Assembly: GCA_031283585.1 (NCBI GenBank)
Contig: JAITBP010000005.1
Location: forward strand, 1-32,000
Direction: 5' to 3'
DNA: 32,000 nucleotides
Origin: Puniceicoccales bacterium
Lineage (GTDB): Bacteria > Verrucomicrobiota > Verrucomicrobiia > Opitutales > LL51
Numbering within the stretch: position 1 is the stretch's first letter; each line of letters begins with the position of its first letter. The notes beneath the pieces are model-generated. The model made no database searches and was not told the DNA's origin. It worked only from the letters and a program-made list of their open reading frames with translations. Shown here one piece after another: positions 28,092-32,000 of the stretch. The translations under genes were made by a program, and so were the position numbers.

Positions 28092-28988
28092 GTGTTATTT
28101 TTAAAAACAGTTGCCAGAGATATAATTCCGATTCCAGAAACCGTCTCCCTGGTGTTGGCCATAGGCATATTTGATGGCGTACACCTTGGCCACGAACGAG
28201 TTATACAAAAAGCAACGGAGATTGCCAGATCCATTGGTGGGAAAACCGTGGTATACACATTTTCACCTCATCCAACGGCAATCCTTGGCAATCGCAAAAA
28301 CCTCATACTAACATCTGAACAGAAGTTCATGCGGCTGAATAGGTTAAACGTCGACTATCTGGTCGAACAACATTTTGACAAAGACTTTGCTAGTTTAAAC
28401 CCCGAGGACTTCATGGATACACTGAAACACAAATTTAAGACAATAAACACGATATGTATCGGCCAAAATTTCAGATTCGGCAGTGGTAGAATCGGAGACG
28501 CCTCCTATCTCAGATCGATCTCACCTGGGTTCGGAATAAAAACAACTGTCATTCAATCACTTATGGCCAACGACACCATAATTAGCAGCACAAGAATACG
28601 ACAGGAACTGGTCAACGGGAACCTGACCATGGCCAATTCCATGCTCGGCTATAATTATTATTGCAGCTGCAGCTTCGAAGGCAAAATCCAGCTAAATGAT
28701 ATTCAAATATTGACATTTAGCGTACAAAATGAACAACAGATAGGCAGCGGCGTATATTCGGTAAACGTATTGAGCGCCAACAAGATATGTCATGGTGTCG
28801 CCGACTATTTACACCGGTCTCAGCCAGGGAAGCTCAGTCTTCATCTCCTTGGAAATCAACCAAAACCGAGCGACAACGTGACCATAGAATTTCTCTCTCT
28901 GATCAGGGAAAGAATGACGTTTTCAACGGACAGTGAGCGCGTGGCACAGATAAAAAAAGACATCGAGGCAACTGAAAAATTGACCTAG
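28092..28988 (+). CDS. ribF: RibF-type FAD synthetase / riboflavin kinase; the kinase half is divergent
   Basis: The FMN adenylyltransferase motifs GIFDGVHLGH, GQNFRFG and ISSTRIR are intact. The C-terminal half aligns to the riboflavin kinase fold (GVYS..., IEFLSLIRERMTF) but lacks G-x-P-T-A-N. The start is GTG. Confidence 0.85.
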   Translation: MLFLKTVARDIIPIPETVSLVLAIGIFDGVHLGHERVIQKATEIARSIGGKTVVYTFSPHPTAILGNRKNLILTSEQKFMRLNRLNVDYLVEQHFDKDFASLNPEDFMDTLKHKFKTINTICIGQNFRFGSGRIGDASYLRSISPGFGIKTTVIQSLMANDTIISSTRIRQELVNGNLTMANSMLGYNYYCSCSFEGKIQLNDIQILTFSVQNEQQIGSGVYSVNVLSANKICHGVADYLHRSQPGKLSLHLLGNQPKPSDNVTIEFLSLIRERMTFSTDSERVAQIKKDIEATEKLT

Positions 28989-29002
28989 AACCATCGATTT
29001 TC

Positions 29003-31069
29003 ATGGCAATAGACTTCCAAAAAGAATTGAATGAACAGCAGTATTTTGCCGTTACCTCCCGGTCAAAATCCACGTTGATTCTCGCCGGAGCTGGCACTGG
29101 CAAAACCAGAACTCTCACATACAGAGTGGCTTGGCTACTGGAACACGGCATACCACCGGATAACATTTTACTATTGACATTTACAAATAAAGCCGCCAAA
29201 GAAATGCTGGCCAGGGTTGAGTCGATCACCGGGTTCGCCAGCGACAATTTTTACGGTGGCACGTTCCATCACCTGGGACAAAAAATCCTACGAAGACATT
29301 CGGATAGACTTGGAATATCACCAAATTTCGCTATTTTGGACGAGAGCGATTCGCTGTCGCTGTTCTCGGAATGCGTCAAAGAAACTGATCGCGAATTTCT
29401 TAAAAATAAAAGCAATCCAAGCCCAAGACTAATGCTCGAAATTCTAAGTTACTCAATCAACACCTTAGGTTCGATAGCCCAGGTTGTGGAACAAAAGTAC
29501 CCCTATTTTGATCACCTAACTGCCGTTATAACAGAGGTTTCCAGTGCATATCAGAAAAAAAAATCCGAACAAAACGTGTTGGACTACGACGATCTGCTAC
29601 GGCATTTCCTGAATTTACTACGAAAAAATGATGACATTTTGTCATTCTATAGTCATAGGTTCAGCAATATTCTAGTAGATGAATACCAGGACACAAACGA
29701 GATTCAAATGCAGATCATAGATACATTAGCCCTTGATCATCAAATATTTGCAGTCGGTGACGATGCCCAGTGCATATACACCTGGCGTGGAGCAAATATA
29801 AAAAATATCCTGGAATTTGCTGATCGTCACCCGGATACAAACATCTTGAAAATTGAAAAAAATTACCGAAGCACACCACAGATCCTATTGCTAGCCAACG
29901 AAATACATGTTTCTGAAAGAACCGGCTATGGGAAAACACTCACAGCCGCAAGGCCCAAAGGCAAATTGCCATTTCTTGTAAAAATACCCGATGCAAGACA
30001 ACAGGCAAACTTCATAATAAAACGCATAAGTGGATTAAAACAAGAGGGTTATAAGCTGAGCGACCTGGCCGTGATCTACAGAGCCCACTACCACTCCATG
30101 GAACTCCAGATGGAACTGACCAGATACGGCATCCCCTATAATATTACCAGCGGCATCAGATTTTTCGAGCAAATACATATAAAAGACATGCTCGCGCTGC
30201 TCAGATTCGCTAACAACCCTGCGGATTCTCGGGCATTTGTGAAAATTTTGTGCCGACTTCCAAAATTTGGCGAAAAAACTGCAGAAAAATTGTTTAATTG
30301 GTTGCATTCCTACGCGAATTTAAATAATAGACACCCCGTCAATTGCCTAGAAGATAAGCCACTGGTGGCAAAAATTCCAACCGCCGCACTGGAGTACTGG
30401 TGGCCGCTGGCACGCAGCCTAAAAAAAATCCATGCTGGTATCAAATATCTGAATGCTGATAAGGATAATTCCGAAGTAACCGATCTGTTCGAGTATGCAG
30501 CTCAAAGAGATACAACACAAATACTGGCAAATTCCGTCGGTGATCTCATAACCCTGGCCCTGGACGAGGAATATCTTTCGTATTTGCAGAAAAATTTTAA
30601 CAACAGCGGCTCGCGGCAAGATGACCTGGAATCGTTTGCAAATTTCGCGCGCAAATTCAATGATACAACGACTTTTCTCAATCAAATTGCGCTCATGCAA
30701 TCGGAAACAACCGAAATAAACAGTGCCTCGAACGAGGATCAGCTGCGATTGACCACCGTCCACCAAGCCAAAGGGTTAGAGTTTCCGGTGGTTTTCATTA
30801 TCAGCTTGACTGAAAACAACTTCCCACTCAAGCGCGCCATCGACGAAGGAAATGTTACCGAAGAACGTAGGCTATTCTATGTGGCAGTAACCAGAGCTAA
30901 GGATGAGCTGTACATGTGCTATCCATATCAATCACAACAAGTTAACAAAAATATAATGTTCGCATTGCCTCTGCAAAAAAGCAGATTTATCGACGAAATA
31001 TCTGAAAACCTTTACGAAACCATTTCGTTCGGAATGAATCGACCCATAAGCTTTCGCAGGCCATATTAA
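29003..31069 (+). CDS. uvrD: UvrD/PcrA/Rep-family ATP-dependent DNA helicase
   Basis: LNEQQ (Q motif), AGAGTGKT (I), DEYQDTN (II), GDDAQCIYTWRGA (III), NYRS, TVHQAKGLEFPVVF (V/VI region) and YVAVTRAK. Confidence 0.9.
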   Translation: MAIDFQKELNEQQYFAVTSRSKSTLILAGAGTGKTRTLTYRVAWLLEHGIPPDNILLLTFTNKAAKEMLARVESITGFASDNFYGGTFHHLGQKILRRHSDRLGISPNFAILDESDSLSLFSECVKETDREFLKNKSNPSPRLMLEILSYSINTLGSIAQVVEQKYPYFDHLTAVITEVSSAYQKKKSEQNVLDYDDLLRHFLNLLRKNDDILSFYSHRFSNILVDEYQDTNEIQMQIIDTLALDHQIFAVGDDAQCIYTWRGANIKNILEFADRHPDTNILKIEKNYRSTPQILLLANEIHVSERTGYGKTLTAARPKGKLPFLVKIPDARQQANFIIKRISGLKQEGYKLSDLAVIYRAHYHSMELQMELTRYGIPYNITSGIRFFEQIHIKDMLALLRFANNPADSRAFVKILCRLPKFGEKTAEKLFNWLHSYANLNNRHPVNCLEDKPLVAKIPTAALEYWWPLARSLKKIHAGIKYLNADKDNSEVTDLFEYAAQRDTTQILANSVGDLITLALDEEYLSYLQKNFNNSGSRQDDLESFANFARKFNDTTTFLNQIALMQSETTEINSASNEDQLRLTTVHQAKGLEFPVVFIISLTENNFPLKRAIDEGNVTEERRLFYVAVTRAKDELYMCYPYQSQQVNKNIMFALPLQKSRFIDEISENLYETISFGMNRPISFRRPY

Positions 31070-31076
31070 CACGTAA

Positions 31077-32000
31077 CTATATCTCATTCAAGGCGTTAAC
31101 AGCAACCTCCAGGTCATCAAAATGGATTTTTTTATCAAAAAACTGCTGAAATTTTTCATGCCCTTTGCCGGCTATCAGAACCGTATCACCTTCCACAGCA
31201 ACACTAATAGCCTGGTATATTGCCTCGGCCCTGGACTCGATAAAGAGCACCCGTTCCAGATCCCGGACGCCATTTTTCATGTCAAAAAAAATATCAGAAA
31301 TGGCTTCATTCCTCGGATTATCTGAGGTTGCAATCACCACATCTCCAAGCTTCAACGCAGCGCTGGTCATCTTTGGCCGCTTGCACCTATCACGGCCACC
31401 GCCACAGCCAAAAACAACTATTAACCTATTCCTAGTCAATGGCTTCAAAGTCGACAACACATTGACCAACGCATCTTCGGTGTGCGCATAATCGATGAAA
31501 ACCGAAATCCCAATATTGCTATGGACTCTTTGCAGTCTGCCCGGGATACCGGGAAAATTTCTAATTTTTTCAACAAGATAAGCGATATTATTTTCATCAC
31601 CCATGGCAGCTATAGCCGCTAACGCATTCAGGACGTTATGCTTACCGATCAACGGCAGTTCACAGTGATAGGATTTACCAAAAGCGTTAAGAGTAAATGA
31701 CGTTGAGTCCAGGGTGCTAAAAACTTCAACCGCCTGAAAATCAGCTGGATAAGTCATTCCATAGCTAACAACACCGCGATTATCTAGTCTTCTAAGTTCT
31801 TTAATGTTTCTAAGCTTTTTTGCCAAAATTTTGCCAAAACTGTCATCAACATTTACCACGGCCAGGTCAGGCCTGGAACCATTCGCACCAGAAAACAGTA
31901 TCTCCTTAGCTTGGAAGTAGTTATCGATGCCACCATGGTACTCCAAATGGTCATCCGTTAAATTACTAAATATTGCTCTGTCCACAGCCAATCCATAGGT
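31077..32000 (-). CDS. murE: UDP-N-acetylmuramoyl-L-alanyl-D-glutamate--2,6-diaminopimelate ligase MurE; C-terminal part only, and the ORF continues past the right edge
   Basis: TDDHLEYHG, DYAHTEDAL, FGCGGGRDRCKRP and the DAP-specific DNPR motif (TSDNPRNE). The frame stays open to position 32000; the track 'M' at 31991 is an internal TTG. Confidence 0.9.
   Translation of the reverse strand, partial: TYGLAVDRAIFSNLTDDHLEYHGGIDNYFQAKEILFSGANGSRPDLAVVNVDDSFGKILAKKLRNIKELRRLDNRGVVSYGMTYPADFQAVEVFSTLDSTSFTLNAFGKSYHCELPLIGKHNVLNALAAIAAMGDENNIAYLVEKIRNFPGIPGRLQRVHSNIGISVFIDYAHTEDALVNVLSTLKPLTRNRLIVVFGCGGGRDRCKRPKMTSAALKLGDVVIATSDNPRNEAISDIFFDMKNGVRDLERVLFIESRAEAIYQAISVAVEGDTVLIAGKGHEKFQQFFDKKIHFDDLEVAVNALNEI

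Noticed and set aside
1-32000. Mobile elements, CRISPR arrays, defence or toxin-antitoxin modules, and prophage genes
   Set aside because: There are no transposase, integrase or Cas-like ORFs, no repeat-spacer periodicity, no inverted terminal repeats and no small paired ORFs. Apart from the orphans listed in the findings, every ORF maps to a core housekeeping, transporter or envelope-enzyme family.

Overview
This window is a densely packed segment, mostly housekeeping, from the chromosome of a diderm bacterium. BamA, a GT9 LPS heptosyltransferase-like gene and a DAP-type MurE indicate the diderm envelope. Spot counts suggest roughly 40% GC, and the standard genetic code applies. I support 28 protein-coding genes in six alternating strand blocks: rpsP-trmD-rplS-(small membrane ORF)-prmC; bamA, dnaB, hppA, nitroreductase and an ABC-2 permease; dnaX, a GH13 debranching enzyme and a secreted orphan; a peptidoglycan glucosaminidase lipoprotein, GT9, BI-1/YccA, tyrS, acpS, ruvC and mutS; an EamA transporter, nrnA, truB, ribF and uvrD/pcrA; and murE (partial). 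With my gene models only about 1.2 kb of 32 kb is non-coding. No gap is large enough for a tRNA, rRNA, tmRNA or RNase P gene, and I see no CRISPR array, transposase, integrase or long repeat. I do not see a convincing multi-gene novel system such as a defence island, secretion apparatus or biosynthetic cluster. The best candidate for new biology is at the left edge (1-3071). An ORF missing from the supplied track (1-1089, minus strand, running off the window) and the 644-aa ORF next to it look like divergent tandem paralogues. Both encode signal-peptide-bearing proteins, and the larger has a glycine-ladder hydrophobic core. Secondary observations are motif erosions in otherwise intact housekeeping genes. 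TrmD lacks a canonical start codon at the conserved N-terminus. DnaX is short and lacks the 4-Cys zinc module. TyrS has TFGH in place of HIGH. The RibF kinase half lacks the PTAN motif. There are also a few orphan membrane or secreted ORFs.
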